Below are positions 26,340 through 37,563 of a stretch of 64,000 nt of DNA, piece after piece; positions within the stretch are counted from its first letter, which is position 1; every line of letters starts with the position of its first letter. The translations under genes were made by a program, and so were the position numbers. The notes under the pieces are model-generated. The model was not told the origin of the DNA. It made no database searches and saw nothing but the letters and a program-made list of their open reading frames with translations. The DNA lies in assembly GCF_006345805.1 (NCBI RefSeq), contig NC_043016.1, positions 8,742,001-8,806,000 of the forward strand, in the 5' to 3' direction. The DNA is from Octopus sinensis (Eukaryota).

Positions 26340-26380
<41 letters not shown>
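26141..26380 (+). mobile_element. R4/Dong-like (RLE) LINE 3' end embedded in (AAT)n
   Basis: KYITKTPGLTNTYNIQKIALLDTAH resembles the C-terminal QK.ALLGTA.I motif of R4-clade elements; (AAT)n on both sides. Confidence 0.65.
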
Positions 26381-26383
<3 letters not shown>

Positions 26384-26399
26384 TCTTTCTTCAATGATC

Positions 26400-28680
26400 A
26401 CAAGGGCCACACAAAACAAAAAAAAAAGGGTGATACAAAACAAGGGATAATTGGGTTTATATGTAGCATGTGTTGACAGTAAAACAATTACAATTTAACA
26501 GTAAAATATTAAACATTGAAATTTCCTGAATGTGGGGAGTTCCACCTATGGGAAATCAAGGAAGCCCACAAGACCTGGACACTCTGATCACCAAGAGCAC
26601 TTCAGGCATGCACCCCTCTCCTCTTAATTCCATCCAGCCTACAGGTGCATGGTCAGATTAGGCTCATTCACATGGACTATCCTCACCATATTCGCTCACC
26701 TTTCAACGAAAATATTTGCAGGTAGCACATCCCTCTCCATCTTTACTTTCCTTTTCAAGTGGAATGTGAAAAAGCTGTGGCAGGATTGGCTGAAAAGGAA
26801 AATATTTATCTTCATTCCTCTCAGCCTTGTCCACCACATTACCTCTTCTTGTGTCTGACTCTTCCTCTTATCCCCAACGTGCGGAGGTGCGTGGCTTAGT
26901 GGTCAGGGTGTTGAACTCATGATCGTAAGGTTGTGGTTTCGATTCCTGGACAGAGCGATGCATTGTGTTTTTGAGCAAAACACTTAATTTTCACGTTGCT
27001 CCAGTCCACTCAGCTGGCAAAAATGAGTAATCCTGCGACGGACCAGCGTCCCGTCCAGGTGGGGAATTTCTGCACCACTGAAACTGGCTCGAGAAGGAAC
27101 ATTTATTTAGTGGAGGTTATTGGCTTAGTGGTTAGAGCAGCGGACTCGCGGTCGAGGGATCGTGGGTTCGAATCTCAGACCGGGTGATGCGTGTGTTTAT
27201 GAGCAAAACACCTAAGCTCCACGCGACTCCGGCAGAAGGTAATGGCGAACTTCTGCTGACTCTTTCGCTACAACTTTCTCTCACTCTTTCCTCCTGCATC
27301 TTGCAGCTTATCTGTGACGGACCGGCATCCCATCCAGGTGGGGAACCTATACGCCAAGGAAACCGGGAAACCGGCCCTTATGAGCCAGACATTGCTCGAG
27401 AAGGAACAATCATCTTATCCCCAACAAAGGCCTTATGGGGCAATTTCATCTGATCTTCATTTCCTAACAGAGTGTTTGATTTCATGAGTCCTGAAGTGTG
27501 TGTGTGTGCGTGTGAGTGTTGTAGTGTTTTCACTAACTGTATGAAGGGCTTCTTTTGGCAGAGTTGATATTAATGATGGAGGGTGTTGTGTTTTCTCCAC
27601 CGCAGGACAGAAAGCTTTGAAGTGGTTTGAATTCCTCCCACACAAAAACATTTGGGTTTTCTTCCTTTGGTTAATTTTGGCATTTGCTTGCTTTCCTCAA
27701 AACAGAAAAGAATCAAGAATGTGAATGACTTCCCCTGGAGCAACCAATTCTGGAACTCCTTACGAATCCCAGACCTGTTGAGTTCATAGGGGAGAGATTT
27801 CACCTCCACATTCACCCATGCTGCTCCAATATGTTTCAAACTCTTACCAGATCTCAGTGAACCTATTTCTTTACTACACACAAGGGGCTAAACACAGAGG
27901 GGACAAACAAGGACAGACAAAGGGATTAAGTCGATTACATCGACCCCTGTGCATAACTGGTACTTAATTTATCGACCCCAAAAAGATGAAAGGCAAAGTC
28001 GACCTCGGCGGAATTTGAACTCGGAACGTAACTACAGACGAAATACGGCTACACATTTCGCCCGGCGTGCTAACATTTCTGCCAGCTTGCTGCCTTATGT
28101 GTGTGTGTGTATATTTCTTTACTACCCGCAAGGGGCTAAACACAGAGGGGACAAACAAGGACAGACAAAGGGATTAAGTCGATTACATCGACCCCAGTGC
28201 GTAACTGGTACTTAATTTATCAACCCCAAAAAGATGAAAGGCAAAGTCGACCTCGGCGGAATTTGAACTCGGAACGTAACTACAGACGAAATACGGCTAC
28301 ACATTTCGCTAGGCATGCTAACATTTCTGCCAGCTCACCATTATAAACGTCTGAGAGGTGCATATTATTGTTGCCATTCTTTGATTTCCTTGTTTGCTGA
28401 TTTTGATGACACATTCAGCAGGTACAGTCCCCTAGTGTTTCCTTTTATATGTGTGTATAACTTGGAGGTATAATTCTTCAAGGCATTTTTCAGTTTCTGC
28501 TGGAGTAAGAAATTTAAGTCTACTACCGTCCTTGTGACAATAACATTTATTAAAACAATGACTTTTCTTTTGGAATGAGATTTTTTCCTCTCACTAAGAG
28601 ACCTAACTCCCGGGTTGACAATGCCATTTATATACTGGAGGGCCTTACCTTTCAAATTGTGCCCCGAATGCACGATCTAT
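26400..28680 (-). mobile_element. Fragmented Tx1/L1-like LINE interrupted by SINEs
   Basis: Frameshifted zinc-knuckle remnant KGRKPKCF..G..NHFKAFCP (~27590-27670); ORF2-end-like EVMWWTRLRG...FHLKRKVKMER (~26690-26860). Confidence 0.5.
26879..27412 (+). mobile_element. Head-to-tail pair of tRNA-derived SINEs within one 13-bp TSD; related monomer at 62643-63000
   Basis: Two heads (TGGCTTAGTGG...TTCGATTCC; TGGCTTAGTGGTTAGAGC...GGTTCGAATCTC), shared end GCTCGAGAAGGAACA, TSD TCTTATCCCCAAC at 26866-26878 and 27413-27425. Confidence 0.85.
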
Positions 28681-28711
28681 TAGCTAACTATCCTTGAAAA
28701 AGATAATGAGT

Positions 28712-28791
28712 GGTGATCTTTCGTCTCTAGTAGACCTTTCCGTCGATTTACGGAAATCGACGGAAAGGTCTACTAGAGACGAAAGATTGTC
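28712..28791. mobile_element. 80-bp fold-back mini-MITE with 8-bp TSD (Merlin-like)
   Basis: Perfect 34-bp arms (28716-28749, 28754-28787) with a 4-nt loop; TSD TAATGAGT at 28704-28711 and 28792-28799; GG left terminus. Confidence 0.8.
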
Positions 28792-29111
28792 TAATGAGTT
28801 TTTACTTTTGCTATCGTTTTGTTGTTGTTGCTGCTGCTGTTGCTGTTGTTTTTGTTGTTGTTTTGCTCACAGTTTTTGTTGTTATTACGGCAGTAATTGC
28901 TTTTGTTGCTGACGTCATTCTTGATGCTCTCGTTCTCATTCTTGCTGTTATTGTTTTTGTTCTTGTTGACGTTCACGATGTTAGTGTTGTTGCTGTTATT
29001 GCAGTCGTTGCTGCTGCTGCTGCTGCTACTGCTGTTGTACACTACGTCATTTCTGTCGTAGTTGTCGCTGCTGCTGCTGCTATTTTTGTCATAGCGGCTA
29101 AACAAAAATTC

Positions 29112-29905
29112 GGATCTTTTCGGTTTGACCGGCAGTTTTTAAAAATAATTTCCACGTAACTAAACACTTTTAAACTTCGTATACTGGTAGAATGTGTTTA
29201 TAAAACATCTTTTTTTTCTCTTGGCTTTATTGAGAAAATTCTATAGTTTGTAACATATTTGTTGTTTTTTTCTTCAATTTCTGCAATTTCAACCAATCAA
29301 TGATGTCCATTGAGGTGAAAACATTCTGTGCCGTATGAATATGTCCCTCGTTTAAGAAACAGATTGGGTTTATTTACATTTCTGAAGAAAATAAGATACC
29401 CTTCCCCCACCCCTAACCCTAACTAACCTTAACCCAAAAACTTAGCGATTCGGCAAAACATACCGATAGTGTTAAGAAGCAGAGGATCTTTTCGGTTTGA
29501 ACGGCAGTTTTTAACATAATTTTTAGGTAACTAAAAAATTTTAAACTTCGTATACTGGTAGAATGTGTTTATAAAACATCTTTTTCTCTTGGCTTTATTG
29601 AGAAAATTCTATAGTTTGTAAGATATTTATTGTTTTTTTTTCTTCAATTTCTGCAATTTCAACCAATCACTGACGTCTATTGAGGTAAAAAAAACATTCT
29701 GTGCCGTATAAATATGTCCTTCGTTTAAGAAATAGATTGGGTGTATTTACATTTGCAAAGAAAAAAGATTCCCTTCCCCTCACCCCTAACCCTAACCCTA
29801 AAACGGATTGGAATGCAATAGATCGATACTAGGGTCGTAATTATGGGTGACAATTTCATATGACACCGCTAGAAAAAAAAACTGCTGTTCAAACCGAAAA
29901 GATCC
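29112..29905 (+). mobile_element. Compound GG-terminal MITE (partial copy + 43-bp spacer + full copy) containing (CCCTAA)n
   Basis: TIR GGATCTTTTCGGTTTGAACGGCAGTTTT; TSD AAAAATTC at 29104-29111 and 29906-29913. Confidence 0.88.
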
Positions 29906-31275
29906 AAAAATTCTAAAGCCCCCAACTTGCCTGCCTTTGGACATCGTGTTCCATTGTCATGGCTACCTTGGCACTTGAAACCGGGCTCACAGGACGCTCT
30001 CCACTGTCGATTATTATTGTTGTGTCGCGTTCCAAATTTTTAAATTTTGAAAAATTCCGGAAAAACAAAAATTGGCGGCCTCGCGCACATACATACTGAC
30101 ATACATCCAACATATGTCTACAAATGTAACATGAAATTTTTGAGAAATTACGTGATGTGTGTTGGTATGTATCTATGAGAATATACCATCTTTTCTTTCT
30201 TTTTTCTTTTTCTTTTTTTATTTTGCATTAAATAATCGTAATTTACACCATTTGAAAGGTATTTGTAGAAAATTTCAGTAAGAAATACTCACTTTTCTGA
30301 AAGTTATGAGGCAACAAAGTCAGTGGGGCGGAACACTTGTGTAAGTATACCATTAATAAATATTTTTTAAAAAGCATGAAAAGAGGCTCAAAAGAAAATA
30401 GGATGAAAATAGGCATTCACCACGTTGACAATTTTTGAAATTTTATTAAAATATTAGAAAAGTGGAAAATTTCTTACAAGAAATTTCATAACACTGAGTT
30501 GCACCCCCTAAAAAGGGACGCAATTAAACAGAAATATTATCACTGCAATTCGGACAGTGTCAAGAATAAAGTTAACAGAAAATAAACGTCTGAACGGGTT
30601 TTTAATCAGCGGATCGATTAAGCTCTTAAAACTTACGGAGCTCCGAGTTGCCGTGACTTCACAGTTTGGTGGCGACGACGACGACAACTACAACAACAAA
30701 GGCTGGAATCTTTTGGGAGGAACGATGGTTGACTGATGCTTAAATATTTTATAGATCCCCCCAAAAAGATGAAAGGCAACGTCGATCTCGGCAGAATTTG
30801 AAATCAGAATGAAAAGACGGACGAAATACTGCCAAGCGTTGTGTTGTAGTTACTGCTGCTGCTATTTTTGTAGGTGATACCATTGTCATAGCGGCTAGAC
30901 AAAAATTCCTTTACCTAAATGCGATACATTTAAGTCTGGCATGCTAACGATTCTCCAATAATTTCTAAGAGCGCGCGCGTATCTGTGAGTGTGTGTGTGT
31001 CTTTGTTTCTTTATTACCCACAAGGGGCTAAACATAGAGGGGACAAACAAGGACAGACAAACGGATTAAGTCGATTACATCGATCCCCAGTGCGTAACTG
31101 GTACTTAATTTATCGACCCCGAAAGGATGAAAGGCAAAGTCGACCTCGGCGGAATTTGAACTCAGAACGTAACCGCAGACGAAATACGGCTACGCATTTC
31201 GCCCGGCGTGCTAACATTTCTGCCAGCTCTGTGTTGGGGCCTGTTCCTTCTCTCACCGTTTGACAACCAGTGTTG

Positions 31276-31525
31276 GGTACTACTTAAAAAGAGTGGTCCC
31301 GGGTCGCGCACTCGCGTACTCGCACATCCGCGCTAGCTAGTCGATCCTTACTTTATGTTTTTGTGTTTTATTTACTTTGTTTAAAAAATGATTTACTTTG
31401 TGTAAGAAAATTATTTATTTTGTGTTTTATTTACTTTGCTAGGTAGTCGTAGGATTGACTAGTCACGACTAGCTAGCGTGGATGCGCGAGTGCGCGCACC
31501 GGGACCACTCTTCTTGAGTAGTACC
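31276..31525. mobile_element. GG-terminal MITE with 9-bp TSD (Merlin- or Mutator-like), nested in a family-B SINE tail
   Basis: TIR GGTACTACTYAARAAGAGTGGTCCCGG; TSD CCAGTGTTG at 31267-31275 and 31526-31534. Confidence 0.85.
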
Positions 31526-31596
31526 CCAGTGTTGTTTGTAAACGTTCTTGTAACTTAGCGATTCGGCAAAACATACCGATAGTGTTAAGAAGCAGA

Positions 31597-32012
31597 GGAT
31601 CTTTTCGGTTTGAACGGCAGTTTTTAACATAATTTCTAGTTAACTAAAAAATTTTAAACTTCGTATACTGGTAGAATGTGTTTATAAAACATTTTTCCCC
31701 TTGGCTTTATTGAGAAAATTCTATAGTTTGTAAGATATTTATTGTTTTTTTTTCTTCAATTTCTGCAATTTCAACCAATCACTGACGTCTATTGAGGTAA
31801 AAAAAAAACCATTCTGTGCCGTATGAATATGTCCCTCGTTTAAGAAATAGATTGGGTGTATTTACATTTGTGAAGAAAAAAAGACACCCTTCCCCCCACC
31901 CCTAACCCTAAAACAGATTGAAAAGCAATAGATCGATACTAGGGTCAAAATTATGGGTGACAATTTCATATGACACCGCTAGAAAAAACTGCCGTTCAAA
32001 CCGAAAAGATCC
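31597..32012 (+). mobile_element. Merlin-like MITE with internal telomeric-type repeats
   Basis: 28-bp TIRs GGATC...GATCC; TSD GAAGCAGA; CCCTAACCCTAA inside. Confidence 0.92.
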
Positions 32013-32739
32013 GAAGCAGACTTTAAAAAAATGTACTGAAGTCGATTTATTCGACTAAAACCTTTCGGGGTGGTGCCCCAGCATGGCAGCAGTCTAATGA
32101 CTGAAAGAAGTAAAAGAGAATTTTTAAAAAATATATTGTGATTTCAGTTATATATTATTTTTATTAATATTTTAATCATAAAGGAAAACAGCCAGTCGAA
32201 TCACTAAATAATAAATGTCTAGGTGAAGTTGACAATCCACCGAAGTAAAATTAAGTCTTTAGGCGTTTTCGAGTGACTAATATGTGTTTCCCACGCGGTC
32301 ATTGTTTTAGTTTTTAACACACGGTTTCAGATCAAATCATTTTCCTGAACAGTACATCTCGGAATATTTCTCTCTATATATAAACGGCAAAATGTCTGCG
32401 TGCGTGTCCTTTATACAAATCCACAATTTTTCAGTTAGAGGGCTTGCACTTTCTATGGTCATTCAAAACCATCCAAGGGTGGTCGTGCACATCTTTACAT
32501 TTCCCCAGTCACCCCGCAATGCCATTTAAAAAAATCGACAGAAGTGACTTTTTTGTGAATTTTCTATCCAAAACCCAATCAAAATGCCCGAAACTTGATA
32601 CGCCAATTGAATGCCAGCTAGCTGTATGTGATTGGTCGGAGATTTGGACAGTACTCGCGTGTATGTGCGCACGCACGCAGCTGTATATGCATGCACTAGC
32701 ACTATGACTCGGCAACGCCGGGTCATAGTGCCAGTTTAT

Positions 32740-33634
32740 ATTATTCTAATTGTAGAAACTCTGTTCACTGAAGATAGTGGTGACGATTCTTCAGGTGGAG
32801 CAGCTTTGGATAACAATTCTTCCGGTAGACATGATTATGTCTGTGACGATAAAGTTTTTAGTTGAAGTCGAGGGTCACCAATTGTAACGGTAAGGTTTTA
32901 TTTCGGTGTAGTTACAAATTGTAACGGGTAAGATTGATTAGGTACACAATAATATGAAATGTCGGAGTCAGCGGCTGCAACGATAAAATTTTTGTTGTTA
33001 TAATTGCATACTGTAGGATGTGAAAGATGAACAATACATGAAGTTTTAAGGAAGTATTTATTTACCGTTACGTTACAATACCTTGTCTCGACGGACAGGT
33101 TTTGATAAATCCAAAAGCATGCGAAGTAAAGTTTGTGTTTGTATCCTCTTCGATATTTAGTAGTAATTACAAAGAGAGATAGAATGATGTTATAAGAGAA
33201 CAGAATTAGAGCTAGTGAGAATTGTAGGGTGTGGGACGTTGTCTCACAGTTACTGACAGTTAACTTCATTTCTCCCTCTGACCATGGCTCTAGCTGATCA
33301 GTGAGACTTCGTTCTCATTGAGTCGTCACCGATTGACTTGTGCTTGGGGTGTTCTTGCTTTTATAACTATCCAGAAGGACAGACATATCAGTGAGAACAA
33401 TAGATTTAGTTGGTGATCTTGTTATTTCTATTCTAGTTTTTGGTGAAGTAGAAGAGGTTAGAGACGGTCAAGTGGTGAAGACATTATTTCGGCCTAACTA
33501 AAGGCACCTGGAAAATGTAAACCTGCTGTCGGAGAAAAACCATTGCTCCACCGTGGGAAAAGTTCTGTTGCAGTGTTAATTTAAATTTGGCTATGGTGGA
33601 TGGAATCCACTTCATGCATGCAAGATCCGCTACA
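32740..33634 (-). mobile_element. Gypsy-like LTR (33634->32883, TG...CA) with PBS and possible gag start
   Basis: Minus strand starts TGTAGCGGATCTTG and ends ...GTTACA, followed by TGGTGACCCTCGAC (32880->32867); homologous to the LTR at 34822. Confidence 0.75.
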
Positions 33635-34821
33635 TGTCCTTGGACAGAAACTATTTTTTCCTATTTGCTCACCCCTAGAAAGTATGAAAAATGGTTAATA
33701 TTTCCTTCAAACCTTGCTTTTGTTACTTTTATTCAAACCCCCAAAGAATCCATGGCTATGGTACTCCCCCACTACTTCTGCTCATGGTCAGAGATGAATA
33801 TAATATCAGCCACCTAGAGACATGCTCAAGTGATTAAGGTCAAATAACTGACAAGTAAATCTGTTGGATTGAGCAGAATATTTGTTGTAACGATATTTCT
33901 GCTTCAGCAATATTTGTCTGAAATGTAATGGAAAATAGGTCAGTTTCAAAACATTGATGTCCAGGTCACAAAAATTTGAAGGGAATAGTAGTCATTTCCT
34001 TTGATTTCTATAAAAGCAAAAAGGAAATTACACTTACTGACCAAAGACAAAAAAATAAAAATTTTGTTACAGGGTGTAACAGGTGATCCGAATCGAATCA
34101 CGGACTACGAAATTCATTACAGTTTTTGTTTATCAAATTTATTTCACAAAGTACAGTTCAGTCCAAGGCTGTGGTGAGAAACCTTGCCGAAGATGTAGTA
34201 CGAGAATTAAACATAAAACCACACGCTTCTAACCATAATGCGGCCATACCTCAGAATATCTAATATTCAGAGGGCTCAGGGATCCAAAGAAGAAGTCGGA
34301 GATAGAAGAGGGAGCCTCTCAAATTTCTAATGAGTTACCTCATCTTAGGTAGGTTCCGAAAGCAACCTTGTTCCGCCTCGCAAAAATTTTGCCGGAAACT
34401 GAACTTGTTGATCTCGACTCGTCATGTTTACACAGACCAGATTAGTGAATTAGTTGTTGACTGGGGCGATCGTCAACAACAAATAGTGGATCGTCCTGAA
34501 AAGAGTGATTAAAGTAGAATCGATAAGGGTTATTAAGGAAGCAGAAACAGTGTAAACTAGATTAGAAGGTGTCTAGTCTCAGGCTATGATGGTACATGCT
34601 TCTCGAACTCAACCAGATATGTTCGGTTTTTCGGCAGCACTTTCTTCGATTTTTATGGACGAGTGCATGATGTTGAATGATTCGGATAGGTAACCGTTCA
34701 CCCGAATCACCGAGCAGATATCGCTGTACACTGCGGGGATCCAACCACGGAAGATGGGACCGAAACCGACTGCCGTGAGAAGAGCTGTCAAGTGTTGACG
34801 GTCAGAAACTTTCGATTGATC

Positions 34822-37563
34822 TGTAATGGATCTTGCATGCATGAAGTGGATTCCATCCACCATAGCCAAATTTAAATTAACATTTCTACAGAACTTTTCT
34901 CATGGTGGAACAATAGTTTTTTTTTTTTTTTTCTGTGACAGCAGTTTTACATTTTCCAGATGCCTTAGCTAGGCCGAAATAATGTTTTCACCACTTGAAT
35001 TTTCTAACTTCTCGAATTATGATAACAAATACTACCAACTAAATCCATTGTTCTCAACGATATGTCTATCACTCTGGATAGTTATAAAAGTAAGCACCCC
35101 AAGCAAAAATCAATTAGTCGGCTCGTGACAACCCAATCAGTTAGCTAATGAATGACAACTCGAGTCAGAGATAGTTACCATCAGTTAGGGAGCGGAACGC
35201 TAGAATCATGATCCAAAGCAAGGCAGCTACTAAAGACAATAGTCAAAGGGAGAAATGAAATTTACTGTCAGCAACCATGAGGCATCTTTCTACAACTTTC
35301 ACTAGCTCTAATTATGTTCTCTTTCAACATCATTCTATCGCTATCTGTGGATTGCTGCTAAGAAAACGTGTACACAAAACTATACAAGGAAAATCTACCA
35401 CATCTAACTTTACATAGCATGCTCTAGGATTTTATCACCTGCCCGTCGAGGCAAGGTAAAGTCAATGTAACGATAAATAAATATTTCCTCAAAACTTCTT
35501 ACATTGTTCATCTTTCACATCTTACAACATGCCGTTGCAATAAATTTCAACTCTAACAACTGGTGACCCCGAGCGAAAGAATTGCTGCCTTCTGAAGCTA
35601 CATTACCATCAAATTGGTGACTCCGTGTGGAAAGAATTGCTACCTTCTGAAGTTATATGCCGCTGCATTTTTGCTGACTTCGAACTAAAGAACTACCGCC
35701 TTCACATCAATAGTCGCTAAACCAAAGGAAAAGAATGACAACCTTCGTCACCACCAAGATGCACCCTCCTTCGACCTGCTACAAAAAGCTCTATATCCCG
35801 CGATCGACGCTACGATGCACTCCACGAAAATGCAACACTGCTGATACGTAAGGAATTTGCCGATCATGGAAGCCAATAAATGCATCATTTCGGCAGCTAG
35901 TGCCCAGAAACTAACTGGATAAAAATATGGAAGCCCATACGCGCAACTTTTTCGACAGCCATAGACTTGAACATACTTTGCATGCACCTATTTTTGCATT
36001 TCAAATGCTACTTTTTAGCTTACCAGGACCAGAAGACTTTCTAACCAAGTTTGTCATTTTTACTTCATTCGTTTTGTTATGTTTGCACTGCACACGCATT
36101 GTTCACCTGTTTTTATTACCTGGTTTCTGCTAAATGTTCTTCTTTTGAATGTCTGTAATTTGTTTCTTCGCATGCACCTTTCCATTTGCACACATTGTTA
36201 TACACACACCTATTAACTCTGTCACATTCATGTCCCACACATGCCCTTTCTCGCTTATTTTTCATACTCCCTGTGTCCTTGTAGACACAGCTAATCTCTG
36301 TAAGACCCTAGGTCGGTCACGCATACATAGAGAAAGTTGTTTGTCCCTTTCAACGCGCCAGCATGCCACACTTTTGCTCCTGCATGATCGAGGCATATAA
36401 TACCTCATGCACCGGCTGCTATATTCAGCACTGCCTTAACCACTGGCATATTCAATACTGTATACTGTATTTGTAATCAATGACTAGCATATCTGCCTCA
36501 GCCTTGCAAGCCCTGTGCTCATACACCTCTATTATGAATCTACGGCCTTGTTTTGCAATACGTCTGTATCAGCTCAACATTTTCCCCGACTCAATGCACG
36601 TCGAACGTTCACATGCTCTGCACTCATGTTTAGACATAATTTCCCCCTGTTAGATCCCTGTTTGGTCACGAAGTTAATAGAGAAAATTATCTATCTTGCG
36701 CATCACTCCAGCATGCTTACACTGTCGTCCTTGCTAACCTCATCAATTACCCATGACAACAGCACCAGACACATTTCACTTCGGAAAAACTTTCAAGGCA
36801 TTTCACACACTGCAACCCTGCAGGAAGATCTTTCATATCACGGATTGAGAACACACTCACTCGCTCACCTGAGCTTATTTTTCAGTGAATTTTGATACGT
36901 GTCCCTGCACTCGTGTATACGCCCTCACGCGCACAGACACACTCATTTGCTGTACTGCCCGGTCACTGACTGCACATATTTTGGCACGCAAAGCGACACC
37001 GCTATTCGAACTAATCCGAATAGAAAATTGTCCCGTGTATACTTCAACGATCCCTTCTCCTGATTTGCTAAATTTCTCCTCAACCATGCATTTCTTTCTC
37101 TCCTTCGATCGTTCGTTTCCTTTCCTCGGAGCCGCACTGGGGGGGAGGGGAGATATAGTGGATCTTGCAGGCATGAAGTGGAATCGATCCACCATAGCCA
37201 AATTCAAATTAACATTTCAACAGAACTTTTCTCATGGTGAAACAATATGGATTTTTTTTCTGTGACAGTAGTTTTACATTTTCCACATGCCTTAGCTAGG
37301 CCAAAATAATGTTTTCACCACTTGACCTTTCTTACCTCTCATAGACCACAAAAGCTCGAATTATGATAACAAATACCACCAACTAAATCCATTGTTCTCA
37401 ACGATATGTCTATCCTTCTGGATAGTTATAAAAGCAAGAACCCCAAGCAAAAATCAATTAGTTGGCTCGTGACAACTCAATCAGTTAGTTAATGAATGAC
37501 AACTCGAGTCAGAGATAGTTACCATCAGTTAGGGAGCGGAACGCTAGAATCATGATCCAAAGC
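34822..37563 (+). mobile_element. Internally deleted LTR retrotransposon: 5' LTR 34822-35558, tRNA-Trp PBS at 35561, gag-like remnant, PPT 37139-37153, truncated 3' LTR 37154-37563
   Basis: TG start, AATAAA then ...CA end; PBS TGGTGACCCCGA complementary to the tRNA-Trp 3' end; GGGGGGGAGGGGAGA directly before a second LTR copy. Confidence 0.85.

Noticed and set aside
28791-29159. Poly-N/S and poly-V/A ORFs resembling the real exon
   Set aside because: Degenerate (GTT)/(GCT) repeats without ATG context, signal peptide or splice support.
29405-29435. True telomere or chromosome-fusion site
   Set aside because: Only 2-4 units, always inside the same MITE.
34330-34512. Retroviral-type aspartic protease remnant (YLI..GSESNLVP)
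   Set aside because: Needs a frameshift and lacks the catalytic DTG; too weak to call.
33620-37170. GGATCTTG ends read as Merlin TIRs
   Set aside because: They lie a few bases inside TG-starting LTRs that have PBS and PPT.
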